Origin: an uncultured Eubacteriales bacterium
Lineage (GTDB): Bacteria; Bacillota; Clostridia; Oscillospirales; Acutalibacteraceae
Reading direction: 5' to 3'
Assembly (NCBI GenBank): GCA_934394855.1
Contig: CAKRRH010000009.1
Span: 1 to 60,898 of the forward strand
DNA length: 60,898 nucleotides
Shown: piece after piece, positions 1-8,916 of the stretch
Position numbering within the stretch: the stretch's first letter is position 1
Layout: each line of letters begins with the position of its first letter
Program-made: the position numbers and the translations under genes
The notes under the pieces: generated by a model
Told to the model about the DNA's origin: nothing
Databases searched by the model: none
Seen by the model: the letters and a program-made list of their open reading frames with translations, nothing else

Positions 1-30
1 AGGGGAACTTTTTATAAAAAGTTCCCCTCG
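1..30. terminator. Hairpin aggggaacttttt...aaaaagttcccct at window edge, likely terminator of an off-window upstream gene
   Basis: Perfect inverted repeat AGGGGAACTTTTT/AAAAAGTTCCCCT seen directly at positions 1-30. Confidence 0.4.
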
Positions 31-130
31 TAATAAAATTCCAAAAAACACAATAAGAATTTGACTTGACTAATCGGGGCAAATACGCAATAATATAGAT
101 AACAGCAATTATTTTTTCGGCGGTGAGACG

Positions 131-559
131 ATGGACGGGCTTGAAAAAGCAAAAGATATACTTGAAAAAACAAACTGCTCGGTTGTAATTATTTGCGTCG
201 GCGATACATATACATCCGATAAAAAAGGGATCATGCCGCTGATCGAGTTTATTTCATGCGGCACCGATTTCACAGGAGCTCATATCGCTGACAAAATCGT
301 CGGCAAAGCGGCGGCAATGTTATTTTCAATCATGAACATCGGCGAGGTTTACGGCGCTGTAATGAGCCGCTCGGCGGTCGAATTTCTAAAAAGCCGCAAC
401 ATTCGCTATTCATACGGCACGCTTTGCGACAGCATTATCAATCGCAAGGGTGACGGAATCTGCCCGATGGAACAGACGGTCGCTGACATTGACGATGAAC
501 AGCAAGCGTATTGTGCGCTTAAAAATAAAATCAAACAAATGCAAAATCAGAACAAATAA
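131..559 (+). CDS. Small conserved hypothetical protein, TM1506/DUF1893-like (142 aa)
   Basis: Intact ORF with GGTGAG RBS just upstream; composition and size fit the DUF1893 family (recognition from memory, not verified). Confidence 0.45.
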   Translation: MDGLEKAKDILEKTNCSVVIICVGDTYTSDKKGIMPLIEFISCGTDFTGAHIADKIVGKAAAMLFSIMNIGEVYGAVMSRSAVEFLKSRNIRYSYGTLCDSIINRKGDGICPMEQTVADIDDEQQAYCALKNKIKQMQNQNK

Positions 560-572
560 GAGGGTTATTGAA

Positions 573-1682
573 ATGAACAAAAAACTTGGATTCGGACTGA
601 TGAGATTACCGCTGAAAAGCGACGACCAGCGCGACATTGACATCGAAGCGGTCAAGAAGATGTGCGACTATTACCTGGAAAACGGATTTACCTATTTTGA
701 CACATCATATGTCTATCACGGAGGACTGAGCGAAAATGCCTTTAAACAGGCGGTCGTTGAGCGCTATCCGAGAGATGCATATACCGTTACCGACAAAATT
801 CCGACATGGATGTTAAAGAGTGAAGCTGACCTTCAGAAATATTTTGATGAAATTTTGACAAATCTCGGCGTTGATTATCTTGACTATCTTTGGCTTCACA
901 CGCTCGGAGAGGCTAATTATGAAATTGCACAGAAATATCACGGCTTTGAGTTTTTGCAGAAAATGAAATCCGAGGGCAAGGTTCGTCATATCGGATTTTC
1001 ATATCATGATAAATCGGGTCTTTTGGACAAAATTCTGACCGAGCATCCTGAAGTAGAATATGTTCAGCTTCAGATCAACTACATTGACTGGGAAAGCGAA
1101 TCGATCGAGAGCCGCAAATGTTATGAGGTCGCAACAAAGCACAATAAGCCCGTAATCGTAATGGAACCTATCAAGGGCGGTGTGCTCAGCAAGGTTTCCC
1201 CCGACATTGAGAAAATGTATAAAGACAAAAACCCCGATCTCAGCGTGTCGTCATGGGCAATTCGCTATGCGGCGTCGCTGCCAAATGTTGTAATGGTGCT
1301 GTCCGGCATGAGCAACATGGAACAGCTTTGCGACAATGTCAGCTACATGAAGGATTTTAAGCCGCTTGACGATGACGAACACAAAATCATTGACAAGGCA
1401 ACCAAAATTTTGATTCACGGAAGCGAAATTCCGTGTACCGCTTGCAGATATTGCACAGACGGATGTCCGATGAAGATAAAAATACCTGATTTGTTCTCGC
1501 TTTATAACGACATCAAGAAATTTAAAAACGAGATTTCGGCAGGCGATTATTATACCAACATGACCGAAAACGGCGGCAAAGCGTCAAGCTGTATTGAATG
1601 TAAACAATGTGAGAGGCACTGCCCGCAACACATTAAAATCACAAAATGGCTCAAAGCGGTTGCCGATAAATTTGAAAAATAA
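573..1682 (+). CDS. Aldo/keto reductase fused to C-terminal 4Fe-4S ferredoxin domain
   Basis: Start re-assigned to ATG 573 (MNKKLGFGLMRLPL, typical AKR N-terminus; ORF-track 450 start is a 5' extension). C-terminus has CxxCxxCxxxCP and CxxCxxCxxxCP motifs (CTACRYCTDGCP, CIECKQCERHCP). Confidence 0.8.
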   Translation: MNKKLGFGLMRLPLKSDDQRDIDIEAVKKMCDYYLENGFTYFDTSYVYHGGLSENAFKQAVVERYPRDAYTVTDKIPTWMLKSEADLQKYFDEILTNLGVDYLDYLWLHTLGEANYEIAQKYHGFEFLQKMKSEGKVRHIGFSYHDKSGLLDKILTEHPEVEYVQLQINYIDWESESIESRKCYEVATKHNKPVIVMEPIKGGVLSKVSPDIEKMYKDKNPDLSVSSWAIRYAASLPNVVMVLSGMSNMEQLCDNVSYMKDFKPLDDDEHKIIDKATKILIHGSEIPCTACRYCTDGCPMKIKIPDLFSLYNDIKKFKNEISAGDYYTNMTENGGKASSCIECKQCERHCPQHIKITKWLKAVADKFEK

Positions 1683-1705
1683 AGAAAAAGGCTGTTCGTT
1701 GATAT

Positions 1706-1736
1706 GCACCCCAAAAGTGTCTAACTTTTGGGGTGC
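1706..1736. terminator. Bidirectional rho-independent terminator between convergent genes
   Basis: gcaccccaaaagtgtctaacttttggggtgc perfect hairpin flanked by A/T runs. Confidence 0.7.
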
Positions 1737-1755
1737 AATTCAGTTGAACAACCTT

Positions 1756-2446
1756 TTATTTTACCTTTAGTGTGCGTAAATATGTTTTTTGTTCGGGAGT
1801 TATTCGATAGCTTTCGACCGCTTTTTGAATTGCTTTATTATTCGAACGGTCGCTCAGCCTGTGCTTTTCAATGTAAACAACGGCGCTGTCATATTGCTTT
1901 GCAAGAGCTGTTGCAAAATACCACGCAATCATCATATTTATGTAATATTCGTCCGAACGAACCGCCGCAACACGCTCAAGATAATCCACCGAAAAATTGT
2001 CGTCAAGATAATATTTCATCAGCATTTCAATTGCAAAGCGAACGGTATATGTTTTATCCGACTTGATCCATTCGTCGATTTTTGTAATTAATTTATCGGT
2101 ATTTTTTGCAAAAACTTTCGGGCTCATTGCGTCGCAGGTCGCCCAATTATCGACATATGGCAAAAATCGGTCAAGCTCGAAAATCAGCCTGTCATAATCC
2201 TTGCTCATTTCAAGCAGAAATGCATGAAGATTATTTTCCTCATAATATTCATGCGGCAACGAATTTATAAAATCGAGCGCTGTGTCGGTTTTTGCGATTT
2301 CTTTTGCAAAACTGCGAAGCAACGGCGTTCTTACCCCGATTATTCGGCTTTTGTCGATATTTGGAATCAGCTTTCCGTGAAATGCCGCATAATCATCGTC
2401 CTTCATTGAAAAAAGCCGCTCTCTGATAAAACTGACGCTATCCATG
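1756..2446 (-). CDS. DNA alkylation repair enzyme (AlkD-like HEAT-repeat DNA glycosylase family)
   Basis: Protein MDSVSFIRERLF...: helical-repeat protein matching the DNA alkylation repair family. Start moved to ATG 2446, which is preceded by GGGGGG RBS; track start 2451 is TTG. Confidence 0.65.
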
Positions 2447-2520
2447 AACAATCCCCCCTGACAGTCATGATTATATCCCCATTTGCGCTTTCTGTCAATT
2501 ATATAAAATAACGAAATGAA

Positions 2521-3201
2521 TTAGCCAATCTGTCCAAAATCATCATTCAGAACGAACCTGTTTTTATCAAACGACAAAATGCCTTCATCCCTCATTTTGC
2601 AAAGCTCTTTTGACATTGCACTTCGCTCGACCGACAGATAATCGGCAAGCTGTTGGCGGTTAAACTGAATTTGAAAGTCGGCGCTGTTTGACGCTTGCGC
2701 CTGCATTGACAAAAACGACATCAGCTTTGATCTGGTCGTGCGTTGAGAAATATTGTTTATTTTCTCGTTAAGCCTCAGATTTTTCTCGGCAAGACAAGCA
2801 ACCAAATTTGATATTATGCGAGAACGAATTTCGCAAGCGGCTCTCTCGGTGCTGAGCAGCTTTTTCGCATTTATGAACACAACCAGAGTCGGCTCGTTTG
2901 CCGTGACGATCACCGATGATTTTGCACCCAAAATCACAGCATAGCTTTCGGCAAACATTTGCGGCGATTTCAGCTTTGCGATAATGTTGCGATTGCCCCA
3001 AAAATCTTCCTTTGAAACGGTGACGCTGCCGCTTACAATTATGCCGAACGAAGTGACATCATCACCCATATTCATCATAATTTCGTCTTTTTTAAACGAT
3101 TTTTCAAAAAAATCAAGACATTTTAAAGCCGATTTTACTTCATTTTCATTCAAATTCGCAAATAAACGGCTCATTTTCAATTTTTCAAAAATACTTTGCA
3201 T
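2521..3201 (-). CDS. Crp/Fnr family transcriptional regulator
   Basis: N-terminal cNMP-binding beta-roll and C-terminal HTH (RQQLADYLSVERSAMSKELCKMRDEG). Start at MQSIFEKL (ATG 3201) follows GAAAGG RBS. Confidence 0.8.
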   Translation of the reverse strand: MQSIFEKLKMSRLFANLNENEVKSALKCLDFFEKSFKKDEIMMNMGDDVTSFGIIVSGSVTVSKEDFWGNRNIIAKLKSPQMFAESYAVILGAKSSVIVTANEPTLVVFINAKKLLSTERAACEIRSRIISNLVACLAEKNLRLNEKINNISQRTTRSKLMSFLSMQAQASNSADFQIQFNRQQLADYLSVERSAMSKELCKMRDEGILSFDKNRFVLNDDFGQIG

Positions 3202-3302
3202 TTTTATCGCCTTTCGTTGTTTTTGCAACAGACATTACAGTTTGATTCTATTATAATATGCTCAGAAAGTCAATAAGCAAACACACAAAAAGGAGATTTA
3301 TC

Positions 3303-4025
3303 ATGAAAAGACGAATTATTGAAATAGACGAAGAAAAATGCAACGGATGCGGAGCTTGTGCGACCGCTTGCCATGAAGGCGCAATCGAAATGGTCGACGG
3401 CAAAGCAAAGCTCATGCGTGATGATTACTGCGACGGGCTCGGCGACTGCCTGCCGTCATGCCCGACGGGTGCAATCAGCTTTGTTGAGCGTGAAGCGGCG
3501 GCATATGACGAAGCGGCTGTTTTGGCAAACAAAGCAAAAAACGCCGAGAAAGTGAAGCATAATGAGCCCCACCACGGCGGCTGCCCCGGTTCCCGACTTC
3601 GCTCATTAAAGCATGATGCAAAGGCGCCTGTTGCCGATAATATGAATTATAAACCGCAGTCACAGCTTTCACAATGGCCTGTGCAAATCAAGCTTGTGCC
3701 TGTAAATGCGCCGTATTTTGACGGTGCAAAGCTGCTCATTGCGGCGGACTGTTCGGCATACGCTTACGCTGATTTTCACCGTGAGTTTATCAAGGATCAT
3801 ATCACGCTGATCGGCTGTCCGAAGCTTGATGAGGGCGATTACAGCGAAAAGCTGTATGAAATCATCAGCAACAACGACATCAAAAGCGTGACGGTTGTCA
3901 GAATGGAAGTTCCCTGCTGCGGCGGAATCGAATATGCCGCTAAAACAGCGCTTCAAAAAAGCGGAAAGTTTATTCCGTGGCAGGTAATAACATTGTCCGT
4001 AGACGGCAAAATAATCGACAGATAA
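3303..4025 (+). CDS. 4Fe-4S dicluster ferredoxin-domain protein with additional Cys-rich C-terminal domain
   Basis: CNGCGACATACHEGAI...CDGLGDCLPSCPTGAI two ferredoxin motifs; C-terminal CPKLD, CCGG cysteines. AAAGGAG RBS 7 nt before ATG 3303. Confidence 0.6.
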   Translation: MKRRIIEIDEEKCNGCGACATACHEGAIEMVDGKAKLMRDDYCDGLGDCLPSCPTGAISFVEREAAAYDEAAVLANKAKNAEKVKHNEPHHGGCPGSRLRSLKHDAKAPVADNMNYKPQSQLSQWPVQIKLVPVNAPYFDGAKLLIAADCSAYAYADFHREFIKDHITLIGCPKLDEGDYSEKLYEIISNNDIKSVTVVRMEVPCCGGIEYAAKTALQKSGKFIPWQVITLSVDGKIIDR

Positions 4026-4057
4026 ATATTTATTATAGATAAAAGGAATTTTTTAAA

Positions 4058-4387
4058 ATGGACAAAATGAAAAACATTGACAAAGCCGAGATTCTTGTGC
4101 TAAAGGATCAGATTGCTTATCAAAAGGGGCAGGTAGTAAGCAAAACGCTTGCTCAAAACGACAGTTTAAGCATCACCCTGTTCTCGTTTGACAAGGGCGA
4201 AGAAATCAGCTCGCACAAATCGGGCGGCGACGCATTTGTCACCTGTCTTGACGGCGTCGGCAAAATCACAATCGACGGCGAAGATTATGAGCTCGTGACA
4301 GGTCAGTCAATCGTAATGCCTGCGGGTCATCCCCACGCGGTATTCGGTCAGGAGCAATTCAAAATGCTGCTTGTGGTTGTATTTTAA
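4058..4387 (+). CDS. Cupin domain protein
   Basis: 109 aa with cupin motifs (G..S.H.....E......G, PAGHPHAV). Confidence 0.6.
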   Translation: MDKMKNIDKAEILVLKDQIAYQKGQVVSKTLAQNDSLSITLFSFDKGEEISSHKSGGDAFVTCLDGVGKITIDGEDYELVTGQSIVMPAGHPHAVFGQEQFKMLLVVVF

Positions 4388-4400
4388 AATACCTAAATCA

Positions 4401-4434
4401 AAACCACCGTGAATTTTTAATCCACGGTGGTTTT
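4401..4434. terminator. Bidirectional terminator
   Basis: aaaccaccgtgaatttttaatccacggtggtttt hairpin with flanking A and T runs. Confidence 0.75.
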
Positions 4435-4458
4435 CTTTATGGCATATAAATTTTATTG

Positions 4459-4629
4459 TTATGTTTTATGGCATTTACCGCTCATCGGGCAGTTAGCGCA
4501 ACCGCAACCGCAAGAGCTTTTGCCCTTTTTCTTGTCTTTGACCATTCTGTAAACGATTACCGCAACGATTGCCGCAAGTATTATCGTTACAACGATTGTA
4601 CCAATATTATTTGCTAACCAGTCAAGCAT
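4459..4629 (-). CDS. FeoB-associated Cys-rich membrane protein (small; absent from ORF track because <60 aa)
   Basis: Reverse-strand translation MLDWLANNIGTIVVTIILAAIVAVIVYRMVKDKKKGKSSCGCGCANCPMSGKCHKT: single TM helix plus Cys cluster immediately downstream of feoB, as in the FeoB-associated Cys-rich family. Confidence 0.7.
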   Translation of the reverse strand: MLDWLANNIGTIVVTIILAAIVAVIVYRMVKDKKKGKSSCGCGCANCPMSGKCHKT

Positions 4630-4664
4630 AACACACCCTCCTTTACGGTATTTTTTAAATTGAC

Positions 4665-7169
4665 TTACGCTTTAATTTTTTTGGTAAGCTTTGTTGACTC
4701 TTTGTAAGGACGAACAAGCATATATATCATGAAAATGAATACCAATGCTGCTGCGATGAGTCCGATTACATTGAGATCGCCTGTGAAGATCGAACCGAAC
4801 TGGAAGATCATCAGCGAAATCGCATAGGCAAATATGCACTGATAGCCGATTGCAAACCAAGTCCACTTAGCGTTATTCATCTCACGCTTGATTGCGCCGA
4901 TTGCAGCAAAGCAAGGTGCGCAGAGGAGGTTGAATACGAGGAACGAATAGCCGCTGAGTCCTGTGAATGCTTCTGCGATTGCGGCATATGCGTTGCCTGA
5001 ACCGCCATAGAGGATACCCATTGTACCAACGATATTCTCTTTTGCAACAAGACCTGTGATCGATGCAACGGTTGCCTGCCAGTTACCCCAACCGAGCGGT
5101 TTGAAGATCCAAGCGATTGCCGAACCGATTACCGCAAGAATCGAGCTGTCGATTTCGTCCTCTGAGAGCATACGGAATGTGCCGTCTACTACTCCGAAGT
5201 AGGTTGTGAACCAAACAAGGATTGTCGAAAGAAGAATGATTGTTCCGGCTTTCTTGATGAATGACCAGCCGCGCTCCCACATTGAACGGAGAACGTTCTT
5301 GACTGTCGGCCAGTGATATGCCGGAAGTTCCATTACGAACGGTGCAGGATCGCCTGCAAACATTTTTGTCTTTTTGAGCATGATACCCGAAACAATGATT
5401 GCCGCCATACCGATGAAGTATGCTGAAGTAGCAACCCAAGCAGAACCTGCGAAGAGTGCGCCTGCGATCATTGCAATGAACGGAAGTTTAGCGCCGCACG
5501 GGATAAATGTTGTTGTCATGATAGTCATTCGACGGTCACGCTCATTTTCAATCGTACGGGAAGCCATGATACCCGGAACGCCGCAGCCTGTGCCGATGAG
5601 CATCGGGATGAATGATTTACCCGAAAGACCGAATTTACGGAAGATACGGTCAAGGACGAATGCGATACGAGCCATGTAACCGCAAGCCTCGAGGAATGCG
5701 AGGAGAAGGAAGAGCACAAACATCTGAGGAACAAATCCGAGTACTGCGCCGACGCCGGCTACGATACCGTCAAGAATGAGTCCCGAGAGCCAATCAGCTG
5801 CGCCTGCCGCTTCAAGGCCGTTGCCGATAAGTGTCGGAATGCCCGGTACCCATACACCGAAGTCTGCCGGATCGGGTGCTTCAAAGCCGTCTTCGCCTTT
5901 TTCCGTGAAATATTTAACAGCGTCTGTGTAAGACATCTGAACGACATCTTCGTTTTTGCTTTCCGATTCCGGAACTTCCGAATAATAAACCTTCATTTCG
6001 GTAACTGCGAGAGTTTCCTCATCTTCAACATCAACAGTTCCTGTTGCGCTGTCTGATTCGGGTTTATAATTCTTAATGTCGGTGAGCGCCTTAGCAGCGT
6101 CAAAATCTTCTGCTTCGGGATCAACTTCAACAAATGCGTTGATTGCGTTGAGCGCGTCGGTATATTCGCCGTCTGCGTCTTCATATGCGCTTGTACCGAT
6201 TCCGAACAAGTGCCAGCCGTCGCCGAACACACCGTCGTTCATCCAGTCTGTTGCCATTGTACCTACTGTCGAGATTGACAAGTAGTAAACGAGCGCCATG
6301 ATTACTGCGAAAATCGGAAGTCCGAGCCAACGGTTTGTTACAACACGGTCGATTTTATCCGATGTTGAAAGCTTTCCGACATTTTTCTTTTTATAGCAAG
6401 CTTTAAGGATTGACGCAATGTAAACATATCTTTCGTTCGTGATAATGCTTTCAGAGTCGTCGTCGAGCTCTTTTTCAGCTGCTTTAATATCTTCTTCGAT
6501 GTGTGAAACAACCTGTTCGTCAAGGCTGAGCTTTTTAAGAACTTCTTCGTCACGCTCGAAAATCTTGATTGCATACCATCTCTGCTGTTCTTCGGGCATA
6601 TTATGTACTGCTGCTTCCTCAATATGAGCGATTGCGTGTTCAACAACGCCCGAGAAATTATGCATCGGAACGGTCTTGCCGCTTTGAGCCGCTTCGATCG
6701 CCGCTTCTGCCGCTTCCATTGTGCCTTCGCCTTTAAGCGCAGAAATTTCGATTATTTTGCAGCCAAGCTCACGAGAAAGTTCTTCGATGTTGATCTTGTC
6801 GCCGTTTTTCTTAACGACATCCATCATGTTGATTGCGATTACAACCGGAATTCCAAGCTCAGTTAGCTGAGTTGTCAAATAAAGGTTTCTCTCAAGGTTA
6901 GTACCGTCGATGATGTTTAATACAGCATCGGGACGCTCGTTGATAAGATAATTTCTTGCAACGACTTCCTCAAGTGTGTAAGGTGAGAGTGAATAAATAC
7001 CCGGCAAGTCGGTGATCGTAACGCCGTCATGCTTTTTGAGCTTACCCTCTTTCTTCTCAACTGTAACGCCAGGCCAGTTACCGACAAATTGGTTTGAGCC
7101 TGTCAGTGCATTGAACAATGTGGTCTTACCGCAGTTCGGGTTACCGGCAAGAGCAATTCTGATATCCAT
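4665..7169 (-). CDS. feoB: Ferrous iron transporter FeoB (834 aa, with unusually long acidic loop insertion)
   Basis: N-terminal G domain MDIRIALAGNPNCGKTTLFNALTG, G4 NMMD, polytopic membrane domain with gate motifs. Confidence 0.95.
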   Translation of the reverse strand: MDIRIALAGNPNCGKTTLFNALTGSNQFVGNWPGVTVEKKEGKLKKHDGVTITDLPGIYSLSPYTLEEVVARNYLINERPDAVLNIIDGTNLERNLYLTTQLTELGIPVVIAINMMDVVKKNGDKINIEELSRELGCKIIEISALKGEGTMEAAEAAIEAAQSGKTVPMHNFSGVVEHAIAHIEEAAVHNMPEEQQRWYAIKIFERDEEVLKKLSLDEQVVSHIEEDIKAAEKELDDDSESIITNERYVYIASILKACYKKKNVGKLSTSDKIDRVVTNRWLGLPIFAVIMALVYYLSISTVGTMATDWMNDGVFGDGWHLFGIGTSAYEDADGEYTDALNAINAFVEVDPEAEDFDAAKALTDIKNYKPESDSATGTVDVEDEETLAVTEMKVYYSEVPESESKNEDVVQMSYTDAVKYFTEKGEDGFEAPDPADFGVWVPGIPTLIGNGLEAAGAADWLSGLILDGIVAGVGAVLGFVPQMFVLFLLLAFLEACGYMARIAFVLDRIFRKFGLSGKSFIPMLIGTGCGVPGIMASRTIENERDRRMTIMTTTFIPCGAKLPFIAMIAGALFAGSAWVATSAYFIGMAAIIVSGIMLKKTKMFAGDPAPFVMELPAYHWPTVKNVLRSMWERGWSFIKKAGTIILLSTILVWFTTYFGVVDGTFRMLSEDEIDSSILAVIGSAIAWIFKPLGWGNWQATVASITGLVAKENIVGTMGILYGGSGNAYAAIAEAFTGLSGYSFLVFNLLCAPCFAAIGAIKREMNNAKWTWFAIGYQCIFAYAISLMIFQFGSIFTGDLNVIGLIAAALVFIFMIYMLVRPYKESTKLTKKIKA

Positions 7170-7190
7170 TAAATTTTTCCGCCTTTCGTC

Positions 7191-7210
7191 AGTTAGTGAA
7201 CGCTAACCTA
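7191..7210. promoter_or_regulatory. Operator-like inverted repeat GTTAG-N6-CTAAC (copy 1, between feoA and feoB)
   Basis: AGTTAGTGAACGCTAACCTA; arms GTTAG/CTAAC are exact reverse complements. Confidence 0.4.
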
Positions 7211-7254
7211 AATTCAAAATAAAAGGGGATCAAAGCTCCCCAAATCGCCTTGGA

Positions 7255-7476
7255 TCACTGTACTTCAATCATTTCAGCGTCTGCTTTTCTGATTGACAGT
7301 TCATAGCCGCGAACGGTAACTTCGATCGGATCGCCAAGCGGCGCAACCTTGCGAATGTGCACCTCTACGCCTTTTGTCAGACCCATGTCCATCAAACGGC
7401 GCTTTACCGCACCTTCACCGTGAAGCTTTACAACTTTGACGGTGTCGCCGACCTTTGCCTGCTTTAAAGTGTTCAT
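7255..7476 (-). CDS. feoA: FeoA family protein
   Basis: SH3-like FeoA sequence MNTLKQAKVGDTVKVVKLHGEGAVKRRLMDMGLTKG. Start at ATG 7476 after GGAGG RBS; track start is extended. Confidence 0.8.
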   Translation of the reverse strand: MNTLKQAKVGDTVKVVKLHGEGAVKRRLMDMGLTKGVEVHIRKVAPLGDPIEVTVRGYELSIRKADAEMIEVQ

Positions 7477-7508
7477 GAATTGTGCCCTCCTCTGATTTCT
7501 GAAATATA

Positions 7509-7721
7509 TCAAACCATGATTTTTTGTGCCATCTCACGGCTTATTGCAACTCTTGCTTCTTTGACATTTACAATAATGTTTCCGCCGATTGACGAAATCA
7601 CAGCAACGGTTCCGCCTACCACAAATCCGAGATTTTCAAGATGTTTTTTTACCTCGGGTGTTCCGCCGATTCGTTTAATGATGTTATCTTCGCCAATGCT
7701 TGCTAAATTAAGCGGCATCAT
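7509..7721 (-). CDS. feoA: FeoA family protein (second copy)
   Basis: MMPLNLASIGEDNIIKRIGGTPEVKKHLENLGF; AAGGGAAGGG RBS upstream. Confidence 0.8.
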   Translation of the reverse strand: MMPLNLASIGEDNIIKRIGGTPEVKKHLENLGFVVGGTVAVISSIGGNIIVNVKEARVAISREMAQKIMV

Positions 7722-7740
7722 GATTATCCCTTCCCTTTGC

Positions 7741-7760
7741 AGTTAGTACACGCTAACCTT
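7741..7760. promoter_or_regulatory. Operator-like inverted repeat (copy 2, feoA promoter region)
   Basis: AGTTAGTACACGCTAACCTT. Confidence 0.4.
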
Positions 7761-7789
7761 ATGTCAAAAATAATTAGTCAGCTCAATCT

Positions 7790-7809
7790 AATTAGTCAAC
7801 GCTAACCAT
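7790..7809. promoter_or_regulatory. Operator-like inverted repeat (copy 3, overlapping candidate -35 TTGACT on minus strand)
   Basis: AATTAGTCAACGCTAACCAT; a half-site TAATTAGTCAGCT also lies at 7771-7783. Confidence 0.35.
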
Positions 7810-7900
7810 ATGATATAATACACAATCCGCTTTAATTTGTCAAGTAAATTATGACAAAAAAATGAATCAACTGAATAAATTCGGCAATTTATACAATTAG

Positions 7901-7917
7901 ATTAGTTAAAGCTAACT
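7901..7917. promoter_or_regulatory. Operator-like inverted repeat (copy 4)
   Basis: ATTAGTTAAAGCTAACT preceded by an extra ATTAG. Confidence 0.3.
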
Positions 7918-8028
7918 CAATTTATGTAATATATTTTGATTTTATTCCTTTTAAAAGAAACACCGTGAACCGGGTCTTGACCCAATTCACGGCGAATCTT
8001 TTAATCAAACATTTGATGTCAGCGAAAA

Positions 8029-8589
8029 TTAGTTTTTGGCGATGTTGTCCACTCTGTAAACAATCAGCGGAATCAACGCCCATTGGAGGATCAATCCGGG
8101 AAGTCCGACAGCGATGCTGGTCCAGATTACCGCAACATTCATTGCGCTGCCGAGCATATTTACACCGATCAAAATTGCAACTGCTCTGACCGCTCTTCCT
8201 GCGACCTGAGCAACCAGCACCTTTGCAACACACGGCATTTTCGCACTGCGAAGCAATCCCGAAACAATGCCGTAAACACAAAGCTCAATCATCATGAACG
8301 GAAGCATTACGATTTTCGGCATTCCCGTGAGCATGAAGCTAAGAAGCGGACCTAAAGCGCCTGAAACCGCACCCGCAACAGGACCTGCGAAAAGTCCGAC
8401 TAAAATAATCGGCAGATGCATTGGCAAAAATGTTTCGCCAAGCGCAGTTCCGAGTCCCGACACAGCGCCTATCGCATGAAAAAACTGGGGCAAAGCAACA
8501 GCCGCCGCAATCGCCGCAATCGCCGCAATTGTCTGTGCCTTGACAGACGGCTTTGATTTTGAATTATAATTCACAAGTACATTTGTCAT
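8029..8589 (-). CDS. ECF transporter S component (substrate unknown)
   Basis: About 186-aa protein with 5-6 TM helices and Gly/Ala-rich helix packing typical of ECF S components. Start at MTNVL (ATG 8589), 10 nt after AGGAG. Confidence 0.55.
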   Translation of the reverse strand: MTNVLVNYNSKSKPSVKAQTIAAIAAIAAAVALPQFFHAIGAVSGLGTALGETFLPMHLPIILVGLFAGPVAGAVSGALGPLLSFMLTGMPKIVMLPFMMIELCVYGIVSGLLRSAKMPCVAKVLVAQVAGRAVRAVAILIGVNMLGSAMNVAVIWTSIAVGLPGLILQWALIPLIVYRVDNIAKN

Positions 8590-8916
8590 TTCAATCATAC
8601 TCCTAATATTCTTTGATTGATATTATACAATAAACAACCGTGCAGTTCAACATAAATTATAATCTTTTTTGTTAGAATTTTTACGCTGATTTTGTTTTCC
8701 GCAAATATAGCGGTAATTTTTCCGTACAAGTCCAAATAAAATGATATGAGTAAGAATGTGGTTTGCTTATTCATTGTGCATATTATACAAAATTTATTAA
8801 CAATATTCAGCGGTTAATATGCAAATAGTTGTTGAATTTGCAATTAAAGCGTGTTAGAATGAATATTGTAGACAGCAGAAAGAATTTAATTTGCTGTCAA
8901 TCCAGCTACCGAAAGG

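Noticed and set aside
4665-7169. Multiple 60-120-aa antisense or alternative-frame ORFs inside feoB (similarly inside dnaK, secA, pnp, paralogs A and B, EF-G)
   Set aside because: Shadow ORFs in the frames of long genuine genes; no RBS and biased amino-acid composition.
7188-7921. IS element terminal inverted repeats
   Set aside because: The GTTAG/CTAAC repeats are 16 bp, four copies within 750 bp, with no transposase ORF between them. They are positioned like operators around a promoter.
8599-8916. Riboswitch (TPP, FMN, THF, preQ1) upstream of ECF S-component gene
   Set aside because: Read on the minus strand; none of the conserved cores (CUGAGA/ACCUGAUCUGG for TPP, etc.) is present. Only promoter-like TGnTATAAT elements were seen. 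Cannot be excluded without Infernal.
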